64,000 bases of DNA from an uncultured Gemmatimonadaceae bacterium (GTDB taxonomy: Bacteria; Gemmatimonadota; Gemmatimonadetes; Gemmatimonadales; Gemmatimonadaceae): positions 576,001-640,000 of the forward strand of contig CAWHHI010000004.1 in assembly GCA_963829055.1 (NCBI GenBank), read 5' to 3'. The notes under the pieces are model-generated. The model was not told where the DNA came from. It worked only from the letters and a program-made list of their open reading frames with translations, and did not search any database. Below, one piece after another: positions 32,586 to 43,534 of the stretch (its first letter is position 1; every line of letters starts with the position of its first letter). A program made the position numbers and the translations under genes.

Positions 32586-34326
32586 GTGACCGGCGGCGCT
32601 GAACGCCACGACTCGGAATCGCCGGCCTCACAACAGCGTCGGCCACTGCGCGTGGCGCTGCTGATCGACTCGTTCGATCAACCAGCCTGGGTCGCAACGA
32701 TGATCGACGACATTGCGACGTCGGACGTCGCGGTCGTCACGCTCATCATCCGCAACGCCGCGGAACCGGCGACTGCGCCCGTGCGCCCGTCCCTGCTCAA
32801 GCGCGCGAGGCAATGGGTCCGCAATAGACACAGCCTCCTGTTCGCGCTGTACGAGCGGGTGGATCAGCGGAAGTTCGGAACGGCGGATGATCCACTTCGG
32901 AACGTAGACGTCACCCCACGCCTGCGAGATGTGCCGGTCATCGAGGCCGCACCGCGCCAGACGAAGTTTTCCGACTATCTCAGCGACGCCGACGTCGACC
33001 GCGCGCGCGGCTACGACATCGACGTCGCGCTCCGGCTCGGCTTTCGGATCCTGCGTGGTCGCGCGCTCGAGATCGCGCGATACGGCGTTTGGTCATATCA
33101 CCACGGCGACAACCTCGTGAACCGCGGTGGTCCGCCGGGTTTCTGGGAAGTGATGGAGGAGGACGCGACGACCGGGTCAGTGCTGCAGATCCTCTCGGAG
33201 GAGCTCGACGCCGGCGGGGTGATCTATCGCTCGCAAGCCGCAACCTCGCCATTCTCGGTCACGAAGAACCGAACGGGCTACTTCTGGAAGATCCTCCACG
33301 TTCGTACTCCGAAAGCTTCGCGATCTCCATGCCGAAGGGGCCGGAACGCTCGTCGACCCGCACCCGCACGCTGGTGCGCCGCAGGCGTATAGTCGCCGTC
33401 TGTATGTCACGCCGACAACCGGGAGCTCACGCCGCACCTCGGCCGGCTCGATCACTCGTTATGCGCGCGAGAAGTGGCGAGGCATGACGGAGCGGGATCA
33501 GTGGGCGCTTGGCGTATCGCTTTACGCCCAACGCGCCTGACCGGCGACGTGCCGGACATGGCGCCGTTTCGCTTTCGGTAGCTCGTCCCCCCGATTGACC
33601 GATTCTGGGCGGACCCGTTCCCAATGCATATCGACGGGCGCTACTACGTGCTGTTCGAGGAGCTCGAGTTCGAATCGCCGAAAGGCCGGATCTGCGGCAT
33701 CGAGATCGGCCCCGAGAGGGCCTGATCGGCGAGCCGGTTCGGTGCTCGAGCGCGAGTTCCATCTCTCGTACCCGTACACGTTCGAGTGGCGCGGCGAACG
33801 TTTCATGATTCCCGAGTCGGTGGGCAACCGCAGCGTCGACCTCTACCGCGCGGTCAACGCGCCGTACGAGTGGAAGTTCGACCGCACGCTGCTCGCCGAC
33901 GTCTCGCTGCTGGACGCGACGGTCGTCGAGATCGAAGGGCGCTGGTGGATGTTCGCGGCCAGCGTGACGCGCGGCGGCTCACGTTGCGATGAGCTCGAAC
34001 ATCTACTACGCCGAGTCCCCGCTCGGGCCCGTGGACGCCACACAAGCGTAACCCTGTCGTGTCCGACGTACGGCACGCGCGACCCGCGGGGCGTCCGTTT
34101 CAGGTCGACGGTCAGTGGTACCGCCCGGCGCAGAACTGCTCGCGCCGCTACGGCTACGCGATCACGCTCCGCCGCATCGTTCGCCTCGACCCGAACGAGT
34201 TCGTCGAGGAGACCGTCACGTCGCTCACGCCCGACTGGGACCCGCGCGTGATCGCGACGCACACGATCAACGCCGTGGACGGTCTGACGCTGATCGACAT
34301 GCAGCTCCGACGCAAGTCGTCGGTAG
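32586..34326 (+). CDS. Formyltransferase-like N-domain fused to a propeller-type (GINT1-like) glycosyl domain; frameshifted, ends approximate
   Basis: YGVWSYHHGD..RGGPPGFWE..TGSVLQ..EELDAG (formyl_trans_N-like); FWADPF, HLSYPYTF, MIPES, RPAG, RPAQNCS.YG, HTIN motifs in successive frames. Confidence 0.75.
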
Positions 34327-34342
34327 CGCAGTCGCGGAGAGC

Positions 34343-36257
34343 TCAGTCGCGGAACACCTCGAGCGCCAGCTCCACCTTCCCGAACGGCGCCGACACCTGC
34401 ACGCCCTGCACGGCGGCCGCGCACGCGGTCGAGCATCTCGCGCGCGATCGCGATCCCTTCGGCCACCGCGTGCTCCTTCGACTTCTCGCTCGCGCGTCGC
34501 ATCCGCGTCGATCACGCTCTCCGGCACGCACGACGCCCGGCACCTCGTTCGCCAGGAACTCCGCGTTGCGCACGCGACACGAGCGGCCAGATGCCGGCGA
34601 TGATCGGAATGCGCGCGTGCCTCGGTGCGACGGAGGAAGCTTCTCGAGCTGCGCGACGTCGAACACCGGCTGCGTGATCGGCGAACTCCGCGCCCGCTTC
34701 GACCTTCCACGCGAAGCGCTTGAGCTCGTGCTCGAGATCGATCGGCGCCGGGTTCACGCCGACGCCGATCACGAACTGCGTCGGCGCGCCGATCGGGTTG
34801 TCGCCCGGATCGCGGCCGTGGTTCAGGTTGCGCACGAGGTTCGTGAGCCCGATCGCGTCGATGTCGAAGACCGCGGTCGCGCTCGGGTACGGCCCCATCT
34901 TCGGCGGATCGCCGGTGATGAGCAGCAGGTTGCGCAGCCCGATGGCCGACGCGCCCAACAAGTCGCTCAGCATGCCGAGCAGGTTGCGGTCGCGGCAGCA
35001 GTAGTGCGTGACGGTCTCGATGCCGACCTGCTGCTCGATGAGCAGCGACTGGTCAGGAGCGCGCCCATGCGGCTCTGCGCGCGCGGCCCGTCGGGGACGT
35101 TCACCGCGTCGACGCCTGCGCGCTTCAGCTGCCGCGACATCGGCGAGCATGCTGCGTCGCGTCCACGCCGCGCGGCGGCACGATCTCGACGGACGTGACG
35201 AACTCGCCGCGCGCGATCTTCGCGCCGCGAAGTGCGAGCGCTGCGCGAAGCGGCACCGGCGCTGCACGTCGGGCGGGACCGGTGCCGTCGACGTCGCGCT
35301 GCACCGTGGGCTGCCGCGGCCCGATCGACCGATTCGCCGCCGCCCGGTTCGCGCGAACGCGCGGGCTCAGCGGCCGCACGCCCTCGCACATCGCGCGGAT
35401 GTGCTCCGGCGTCGTCCCGCAGCACCCGCCGACGATCTTCGCGCCCGCCTGCACGAGATGGCGCGCGTACGCCGCCATGTACTCGGCGCTCGCCATGTAC
35501 ATGCTGCGCCCGCCGACGTCGCGCGGCATGCCGGCGTTCGGCTGCGCGCTCAGCTTCTTGCGCGTCAGCGGCACCATCTTCTCGATCGCCTCGAGGATCG
35601 TCTGCGGCCCGACCGAGCAGTTGAGCCCGATCACGTCGGCGCCGAACCGGTCGAGCGCGCGCGCGACGTCCTCCGGCGTCGCGCCGTACGGCGTGCGCCC
35701 GTCGACGCCGATCGTCATCTGCGCGATCACCGGCATCGTCGGATCGACGTCGCGCGCGGCGCGCGATCGCCTGGCCGATCTCCTGCGAGGTCGCCGAACG
35801 TCTCGAGGAGGAAGCAGATCGGCGCCGCCCGCCTTGAGCGCCTTCATCTGCTCGCGGAAGATCGCGCGCGCCTCGTCGACGCGACGTCGGGCCGTACGGC
35901 TCGATGCGAACGCCGAGCGGCCCGACCGCGCCGGCGACGAGCATGGTCGTCGCCCGCTACGTCGCGCGCGATCCGCGCCGCCGCGCGGTTGATCTCGCGC
36001 ACCTGCGCCTCGAGCCCGAACTGCGCGAGCTTCACGCGGTTCGCGCCGAAGCTGTTCGTCTCGAGCACCTCCGCGCCCGCCTTCACGTACGCGCGGTGCA
36101 CCTCGCGCACGAGGTCGGGCGCGCGGACGTTCAGCTCGTCGTAGCACTGATTGATGAACACGCCCTTCGCGTACAGCATCGTCCCCATCGCGCCGTCGAA
36201 CAGGACGAGCGCTCGGGATCGAGCAGGCGCGTCAGCAGCGTCGGCGCGGGATGTCAC
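34343..36257 (-). CDS. Bifunctional homocysteine S-methyltransferase / 5,10-methylenetetrahydrofolate reductase (YitJ-like); frameshifted
   Basis: FDGAMGTMLY, GLNCSVGP, PNAGMPR, IVGGCCGTTPEHI, then SVEIVPPRG, HYCCRDRNL, ITGDPPK, KVEAGAEF. GTGA overlap with the metH stop. Confidence 0.9.
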
Positions 36258-39200
36258 GCCGCCGATTCTCCAGCTGCCGCGGTTGCGGTGATGCTGATGG
36301 CTGCTGGCCGCTGGCTGACGGCTGCACCGTCCGCCGCCGCGCGCACGGCGTAGTACTTCGCCTGCGGATGGTGCACGATCAGCGCGGCCGTGCTCTGCTC
36401 GGGAATGAGCTGGAACGCCGACGTCAGCTCCATGCCGAGCGCCTCCTCGGCCGGCAGCAGCTTGAACAGCTGCGCGTGATCCTCGAGATCCGGGCACGCG
36501 CCATAGCCCCACGAGTAGCGCTTGCCGCGGCGCGCCCGGAATCCCGAGCTCGCGACGGATGCGACGGTGCATCCACTCCGCCACCGCCTCCGCGGCTTCG
36601 ACCGCGAGGCCGTGCGAGTAGAACGCCTCGGTGTACTCGCCCGCGCGCCTGCAGCTCCTCGAACCGGCGCGTCGCCTCGTCGCCGACCGTGACGATCTGG
36701 AGCGCCACGACGTCCACGTCCGCCGACTGCGTCGACGCGGAAGTAGTCCGCGAGGCAGAGCCGCTCGCGTCCTTCCTGGCGCGGGAAGTGGAAGCGCGCG
36801 ATCTCGCGGAGCGACGCGCCATCGCTCTGCGTACGCCGCCGGGTCGTAGACGATGAGATCGTTGCCGTCGCTCTGCACCGGGAAGTAGCCGTACACCGCC
36901 TGCGGCTGCGAGCCAGCCGTCGCGCTTCGCCTCCGCCTTCAGGCGCTGCGAGCGTCGGCTCGAACTCCTCGCGCACGGTCGCCTCGTACTGCTCGCCCGA
37001 GCCGCGTCCGCCCCACTGCAGGCGGATACAGCTCGTCGAGGTCGAGCAGCTCGAACACCTCGTCGAGCGGAATGTCGCGCACGCACGCGCGTGCCGAAGA
37101 ACGGCGCGCGCGGGAACGGCGTTGTCGTGCGCGCACGTCGCTGCGCTCGCCGCCGCTGATCGCCGGCCGCGATGTCCTTGCCGACCGTGCGTGCGGAGGA
37201 ACACGTCGCTGCGCGCCGCCTCGAGCGACTCGCGCGATCGAACTGCCGCGCGACGATCGGCGTCCTGGAGCACGTCCATCGTCTCGAGCCCCTCGAACGC
37301 GTCCTTGCAGTAGAACACGCCCGACTCGTACGCGCGCTCGCCGTCGACGAACAGCGCGCGCCGCCCGAAGCGGCGGTTGATCGCCGCGCCGCCGATCAGC
37401 ACCGGGATCTGGATGCCGCGCTTGTCGAGCTCCTGCACGCAGAGCGGCATCTGCTTGCGTCGTGCTCACGAGCAGCGCCGAGAGGCCGATCGCGTCCGCG
37501 CCCACCTCGAGCGCCTTCTCGATGATCGTGTTCACCGGCACCTGCTTGCCGAGGTCGAACACGGTGTAGCCGTTGTTGGAGAGGATCGTGTTGACGAGCG
37601 ACTTGCCGATGTCGTGCACGTCGCCGTACACGGTCGCCAGCACGACCTTGCCCTTGGTGTAGCCCTCTGCCTTCTCGAGGAACTGCTCGAGATGCTTCAC
37701 GGCCTTCTTCATCACCTCGGCGCTCTGGAGCACGAAGGGCAGGATCAGCTCGCCGGCGCCGAACTTGTCGCCGACGTCCTTCATCGCCGGCAGCAGCACC
37801 TCGTTCAGCACGCGCACCGGATTCTCGCGCACGCCGGCCGCGTCGAGCGCCGTCCTCGATGCCTTCCTTCTTCCGGTGCAGGACCATCCAGTGGACCCGC
37901 TGCCTCGGGCGTCATGCCCTGCCGTCGGATCCTCCTTCGTCCTCGCGTCCCGACTTCCCGTCCCGCAGTCCCGCGAAGTGCTTCGATGAACCGCTGCAGC
38001 GCGTCGGGCGCCGGTTGAACACGAGATCGTCCGCCAGCGCGCGCTCGCTCGTCGCTGATCTCGACGTACGGCGTGATGTGCGCCGGATTCACGATCGCCG
38101 CGTCGAGCCCCGCCTGCACGCAGTGGTGCAGGAACACCGAGTTGAGCACGTGCGCGCGCCTCCGGCGTCGAGCCCGAAGCTCACGTTCGACACGCCGAGG
38201 ATCGTGAAGACGCCCGGCAGCTCGCGCTTGATGAGCCGGATGCCCTCGATCGTCTCCTTCGCGCTGTCGATCCACTCCGCGTCGCCCGTCGCGAGCGTGA
38301 ACGTGAGCGCGTCGTAGATGAGGTCCTCGGCGGCGAGCCCGTACTCGCCGACGACGATGTCGTAGATCGTCGCGCGCGACCTCGAGCTTCCGCTCGCGCG
38401 TCTTCGCCATGCCGACCTCGTCGATCGTCAGCGCGACGAGCGCCGCGCCGTGCTTCTTCGCGAGCGGCACGACGGCGTCGATGCGCTTGCGGCCGTTCTC
38501 CATGTTGATGGAGTTGATGATCGCGCGGCCGGGCACGTGCTCGAGCGCCGCCTCGATCACGGACGCCTCGGTCGAGTCGATCATGAGCGGCGTCTCGACG
38601 CTCATCGAGAGCAGCTTCACGAGCTTCGACATCTGCTCGGCTTCGTCGCCGCGCTCGGTGAGCGCGACGCAGACGTCGAGCACGTGCGCGCCCGAGTCCA
38701 CCTGCTCGCGCGCGACGTCGAGGATCCCTTCGTAGTCGTCGGCGAGCAGCAGTCGCTTGACCTTGCGCGAGCCCTGCGAGTTGACGCGCTCGCCGACGAG
38801 CAGCGGCGCCGGCTCCTGGTGCAGCGTGATCGCGCGCATCGCCGACGACACGCGTGGCACCGTGCGCGCAGTCCGTGCCCGTCGCCCGCTTCGGCGGCTC
38901 CGCCGTTCGCCGTTCCCTCCACGCGCCGCACCGCTTCGACAATCGCGGCGAGATGCTCGGGCGTCGTGCCGCAGCAGCCGCCGACGATCCGCACGCCGAA
39001 CTCCTTCACGAACTCGCGCAGCGCGCGCGCCATCGGCTCCGGCTCGAGCGGATAGACCGCCTCGCCCGCGCCCGTGTTGAGCGGCAGGCCCGCGTTCGGG
39101 ATCACCGAGATCGGATGCGACGCGTGCTCGCGTCAGGAAGCGCACCGGCTCGCGCATGTGCTCCGGGCCCGTCGAGCAGTTCAGCCCGATGCACGTCGAC

Positions 39201-39913
39201 GCGCAGCGCCTCGAGCGTCGTCATCGCGCTCGCGATGTCGGTGCCGAGCAGCATGCGGCCGCTCGTGTCGAGCGTGACCTGCGCCTGCACCGGCACGCGG
39301 CGACCCGAGCTCGGCGAACAGCCGCTCGAAGCCGGTGAGCGCCGCCTTCACCTCGAGGATGTCCTGCGCCGTCTCGACGAGCAGCACGTCCACGCCGCCC
39401 TCGATGAGGTACTTCGCCTGCCGGTAGTAGTTCTCGCTCAGCTCCTCGAAGGTGATGTTCGAGAGCACCGGATCGCTGCTCGACGGCAGCATGCCCGTCG
39501 GCCCGATCGAGCCGGCGACGAAGCGCGGCCGCTCCGGCGTCGCGATACTTGTCGCACGCGGCGCGCGCGAGCCGCGCCGCCGCGACGTTGATCGTCGCGG
39601 ACCTTGTCCTCCAGCCCCCACTCCTCGAGCCGGCGCGGCGTGGTCTGGAACGTGCACGTCTCGACGACGTCGCAGCCCACGGCGAGGAACGACTCGTGGA
39701 TCGCCTGGATGACGTCGGGGCGCGTGAGGACGAGGTTGTCGTTGCACCCCTCCAGCGCCTTCCCGCCGAAGTCGTCCGGCGGTCAGGTTGTAGCGCTGGA
39801 TGTTCGTGCCCATCGCGCCATCGAAGACCAGCACGCGCTCGTTCGAGGGCGTCGAGGTAGCGCGTGTCGCGATAGGGAAGTGCGAGTCGGCGGTCGTGCG
39901 CGGTGTCGGTCAT
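36254..39913 (-). CDS. metH: Cobalamin-dependent methionine synthase; heavily frameshifted
   Basis: FDGAMGT, PNAGLP, GGCCGTTP, VGERVNSQGS (pterin domain), LPFVLQSAEVMK, GDVHDIGK (B12 motif), RYSWGYGACPDL, LIPEQSTAA..HPQAKYY. Confidence 0.93.
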
Positions 39914-39924
39914 GTGTTCGAGGC

Positions 39925-39959
39925 AACGAAAACGGCCCGGATGCGTGAGCGCCGGGCCG
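39925..39959 (-). terminator. Intrinsic terminator / expression platform of the SAM riboswitch
   Basis: Minus strand CGGCCCGG-N11-CCGGGCCG followed by TTTTCGTT, just before the metH start. Confidence 0.7.
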
Positions 39960-39962
39960 GCG

Positions 39963-40010
39963 CTTTAGCAGTTGTTTTACGTGGCCGCAATTTGCCTCAA
40001 ATCGCCACGA
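39963..40010 (-). ncRNA. SAM-II (SAM_alpha-type) riboswitch
   Basis: Minus strand UCGUGGCGAUUUGAGGCAAAUUGCGGCCACGUAAAACAACUGCUAAAG: P1 CGUGG/CCACG, conserved GAUUU, UUGC and GCUAAA; located 5' of metH. Confidence 0.85.
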
Positions 40011-40119
40011 TGCTGTTGTCCGCCGCGAAGCTTCGCGTACGACGACCGGCTATGCATACATAGCCGTCGCTCTCTGGAGACGGCAAGCCGAATGCCGTCC
40101 GGTCGAACCGGCACCGGAC

Positions 40120-40526
40120 TCAGCTATGCCGCCCGATCTTCCGGCGGCGTGTCGCGGCGACCCGGCCCGACGCCACCGCGCGTTCGGTAAGTCGTTGCAC
40201 CATCGTGATCAGGCGCTGGCGCTCCCACGGCAGGAGCAGATCGGCGAGCGTCAGGCGCTGCACGCTGGCTGGAAGCGCGGGTGTCGGCCTCTCCGTCGTG
40301 CCGATACAACACAACCGCGCATCCCGGCGGCAGTCGAAGGCGGAGGAACTCGGGATCGGCGGCGCAGCTGACGTTCGACCAACGCGACCAGCGGCTGGAT
40401 CTCCTGAGCACCGCCGCCGCCTCCGCGATGGAACGCACGACGTGGGCCGTGCCCCGCCACAGCGAGCGCCTGCGCGATACCTTCGAGCACGCTCTCGTCC
40501 GAGCCGATCACGAGCGACGTCGTCAT
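40120..40526 (-). CDS. Hypothetical receiver-fold-like protein; frameshifted
   Basis: MTTSLVIGSDESVLEGIAQALAVAGH ... LTLADLLLPWERQRLITMVQ across three frames. Confidence 0.55.
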
Positions 40527-40838
40527 TCGTTCCGTCCTCCTGCGTGCTTCGTCGGCGAGCCGTTCGACGGCCGCCGCTGAAACGCCATCGACTTCGATCG
40601 TCTTCGTTCGACTCGTCGCACCAGTCACGATGCGCACGCCTCGCCGAGGAACCGACAGGCGATCGGCCAGGAAATGCAACGAGCGCCTCGTTCGCGGCGC
40701 CGTCGACCGGCGGCGCGTGAAGCCGAACGCGCAGCGCGCCGTCTAGCACACCCACGATCTCGTTCCGCGACGCGCGCGGCTGGAGCCGCACCCGAAATCG
40801 TACGCCCGTCCCCGCGAATCCACCGTGAGCAGGCTCAC
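40523..40838 (-). CDS. yggU: DUF167 / YggU family protein; frameshifted
   Basis: VRLQPRASRNEIVG..LRVRLHAPPVDGAANEAL..VRIVTGATSRTK. Confidence 0.88.
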
Positions 40839-41435
40839 AGACGGCGCTCAACTATCCAGCCCGACAGTAGCGAAAGAATGAAGTACGCGACGAGCGGCGT
40901 CAGGTCGAGCATGCCACCAACCGGCGGAATGAGCTGACGCAGCGGCCGCAGAAACGGCTCGGTCAGCGCGTACGACCAGCGGACCCACCATGCCGACGGC
41001 GACGTGCGCACCCATGACATGATCACGCGCGCGAACAGCGCGATCTGCAGGATCCCGAAGATCCAGTTGAACGACGAGCCGCAGCAACCCACGCGGACCC
41101 GGTCGCCGCCGCGAACGCGATCGATTCCACCTGCGCCTCGGATGAAACCGAGCAGCCAGAGGACGAGGATCCCGCCAACGACGACGGCGGCGAGCGCCCA
41201 CCAGGGCGCATTCGATGGAATGCCACCGCCGCGAACGATGCGTCGCTCGATCGGGCGCCATGAGCGGATCGATCGATCCGCGAAAGAACCGCGCGACGCC
41301 GAGAACGGGCTGATCCGCCGCGTCCGCACCGCCCAATCGATGGCGCAGACCGCGGCTGCCGACCACCGCCGAGGCGAGGAACGCGATGCGCGCGATCGCG
41401 ATGACCGTGTCGAGCGTGGCGAGAAAGACGTTCAC
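40835..41435 (-). CDS. yggT: YggT family membrane protein; frameshifted
   Basis: ARVIMSWV..LTEPFLRPLRQLIPPVGGMLDLTPLVA; duplicated YggT halves; adjacent to yggU. Confidence 0.88.
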
Positions 41436-41574
41436 ACGCGAAGTGTGATCGGCGCGAGTCGGGACCGAGCAAGTGGTTTAAGCGCACGAGTCTTTCCAAC
41501 ATCATTACACGGGAACGCCGTGCTGGCACTGTCCAGCGGCGCCAGCTTACGCTCAACCCGACGCAATCCCAATC

Positions 41575-42648
41575 ATGTACCTCGTTACTGGCGGCGCCGG
41601 CTTCATCGGATCGGCCGTCGTCCACGCGCTTGTGCGTCAGTCGGCGCCGCGTCGTGAACGTCGACAAGCTCACGTACGCTGCCAACCTGGACTCGCTCAG
41701 CCGACGTCGAGGCGCGACCCGCACTATCACTTCGAGCGCGGTCGACATCTGCGAGCGCCGACGCGATGCGCCGGCATCTTCGAGCGATATCAGCCCGACG
41801 CCGTGCTTCATCTGGCGGCGGAGTCGCACGTCGACCGGTCGATCGACGCGCCGGCGGATTTCGTTGCGCACGAACATCGTCGGGACGTTCAGTGCTCCTC
41901 GGCGGAAGCGCGTCGGTACTGGGACGTCGCTTCCTGACGATCGCGCGCGCGCTTTCGGTTCATCCACGTTTCCACCGACGAGGTTTACGGCTCGCTCGGT
42001 GCGACGGGCCACTTCAACGAACACTCGCCCTACGACCCCAGCTCGCCGTACTCGGCCAGCAAGGCCGGCGCGGATCATCTCGTACGCGCCTGGCATCGAA
42101 CGTACGGGTTGCCCGTGATCGTCACGAACTGCTCGAACAACTACGGACCGCACCAGTTTCCGGAGAAGCTGATTCCGCTCACCATTCTGAACGCACTCGC
42201 GGCGCGGCCGATCGACGTGTACGGACGCGGCGAGAACGTTCGCGACTGGCTCTACGTCGACGATCACGCCGACGCGCTCCTCGCCGTTATGGAACGTGGC
42301 GCGTCGGCGAGACGTACGCCATCGGCGCGCGCGCAACGAGCGCCGGAACATCGATGTGGTGACAGCAGTCTGCGGATCCTCGATGGAGCTGCGGCCTCGG
42401 CGCGCGAGGCGCGCCGCTATCGGGAGCTGATTCGCGTTCGTGGCTGACCGGCCCGGTCACGACCATCGCTACGCGATCGATCCCACCACGATCGAGCGCG
42501 AGCTCGGCGTGGCGACCGACGCGACTCGTTCGAGTCCGGCGCTTGCGCAAAACGGTGCGATGGTACCTCGAGAACCGTGCTGGCTGGGACCGCTGCTCGA
42601 GCGGCGGCTACCGCGGCGAGCGCCTTGGTCTCGGCACGGCGCGCATGA
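41575..42648 (+). CDS. rfbB: dTDP-glucose 4,6-dehydratase; frameshifted
   Basis: [69 protein letters not shown]. Confidence 0.93.
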
Positions 42649-43519
42649 AGGGGATCGTTCTCGCGGGCGGCACCGGGTACGCGCCTGTATCCCGTCACGC
42701 GGTCGGTCAGCAAGCAGCTGTTGCCGGTGTTCGACAAGCCGATGATCTACTATCCGCTGTCGACGCTGATGCTCGCCGGCATTCGCGACATGCTCGTCAT
42801 CTCGACGCCCGAGGACCTGCCGCGCTTCCGCGAGCTGCTGGGCGACGGGTCGCAGTGGGGCGTGACGCTGTCGCTACGCCGAGCAGGCGGTGCCTAACGG
42901 GTTGGCTGCAGGCGTTCGTGATCGGACGCGAGTTCATCGGAACGGATCGTGTCGCGCTCATCCTCGGCGACAACCTGTTCTACGGCGGCGGGCTGCGGCG
43001 CCATGCTCAAGCGCGTCGCGCAGCGCTCGTCAGGCGCGACCGTCTTCGGCTACACGGTGCGCGATCCGCAACGGTACGGCGTCGTCGAGATCGGCCGCTG
43101 ACGGCCGGCCATCGACATCGTCGAGAAGCCGGAGCACCCGCGATCGAACTACGCGGTCACGGGCCTGTACTTCTACGACAACGACGTGATCGACGATCGC
43201 CGCCGGCCTCACAGCCGTCGCGGCGCGGCGAGTACGAGATCACGGACGTGAATCGCGAGTACCTCCAGTCGTGACCAACTCAACGTCGAGCTGCTCGGTC
43301 GCGGAATGGCGTGGCTCGATACCGGAACGCACGAGTCGCTGCTCGACGCGAGCGAACTTCATCGAGGTGATCGAGAACCGGCAGGGACTCAAGATCGGTT
43401 GCGTCGAGGAGGTCGCGTTTCGCTGCGGGTTCATCGACGTCGATCAACTCGCTCGCATGGCGGAGCCGCTGCGCCAGACAGCCTACGGACAGTATCTGTT
43501 GCGCGTCGCGTCGGAGTAG
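42645..43519 (+). CDS. rfbA: Glucose-1-phosphate thymidylyltransferase; frameshifted
   Basis: [63 protein letters not shown]. Confidence 0.93.
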
Positions 43520-43534
43520 TCGACTGCGCCATGC

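Noticed and set aside
34343..39913. Pseudogenes or programmed frameshifting in metH and neighbours
   Set aside because: Indels are numerous, scattered and lack slippery-site patterns; catalytic motifs are intact; better explained by sequencing error.
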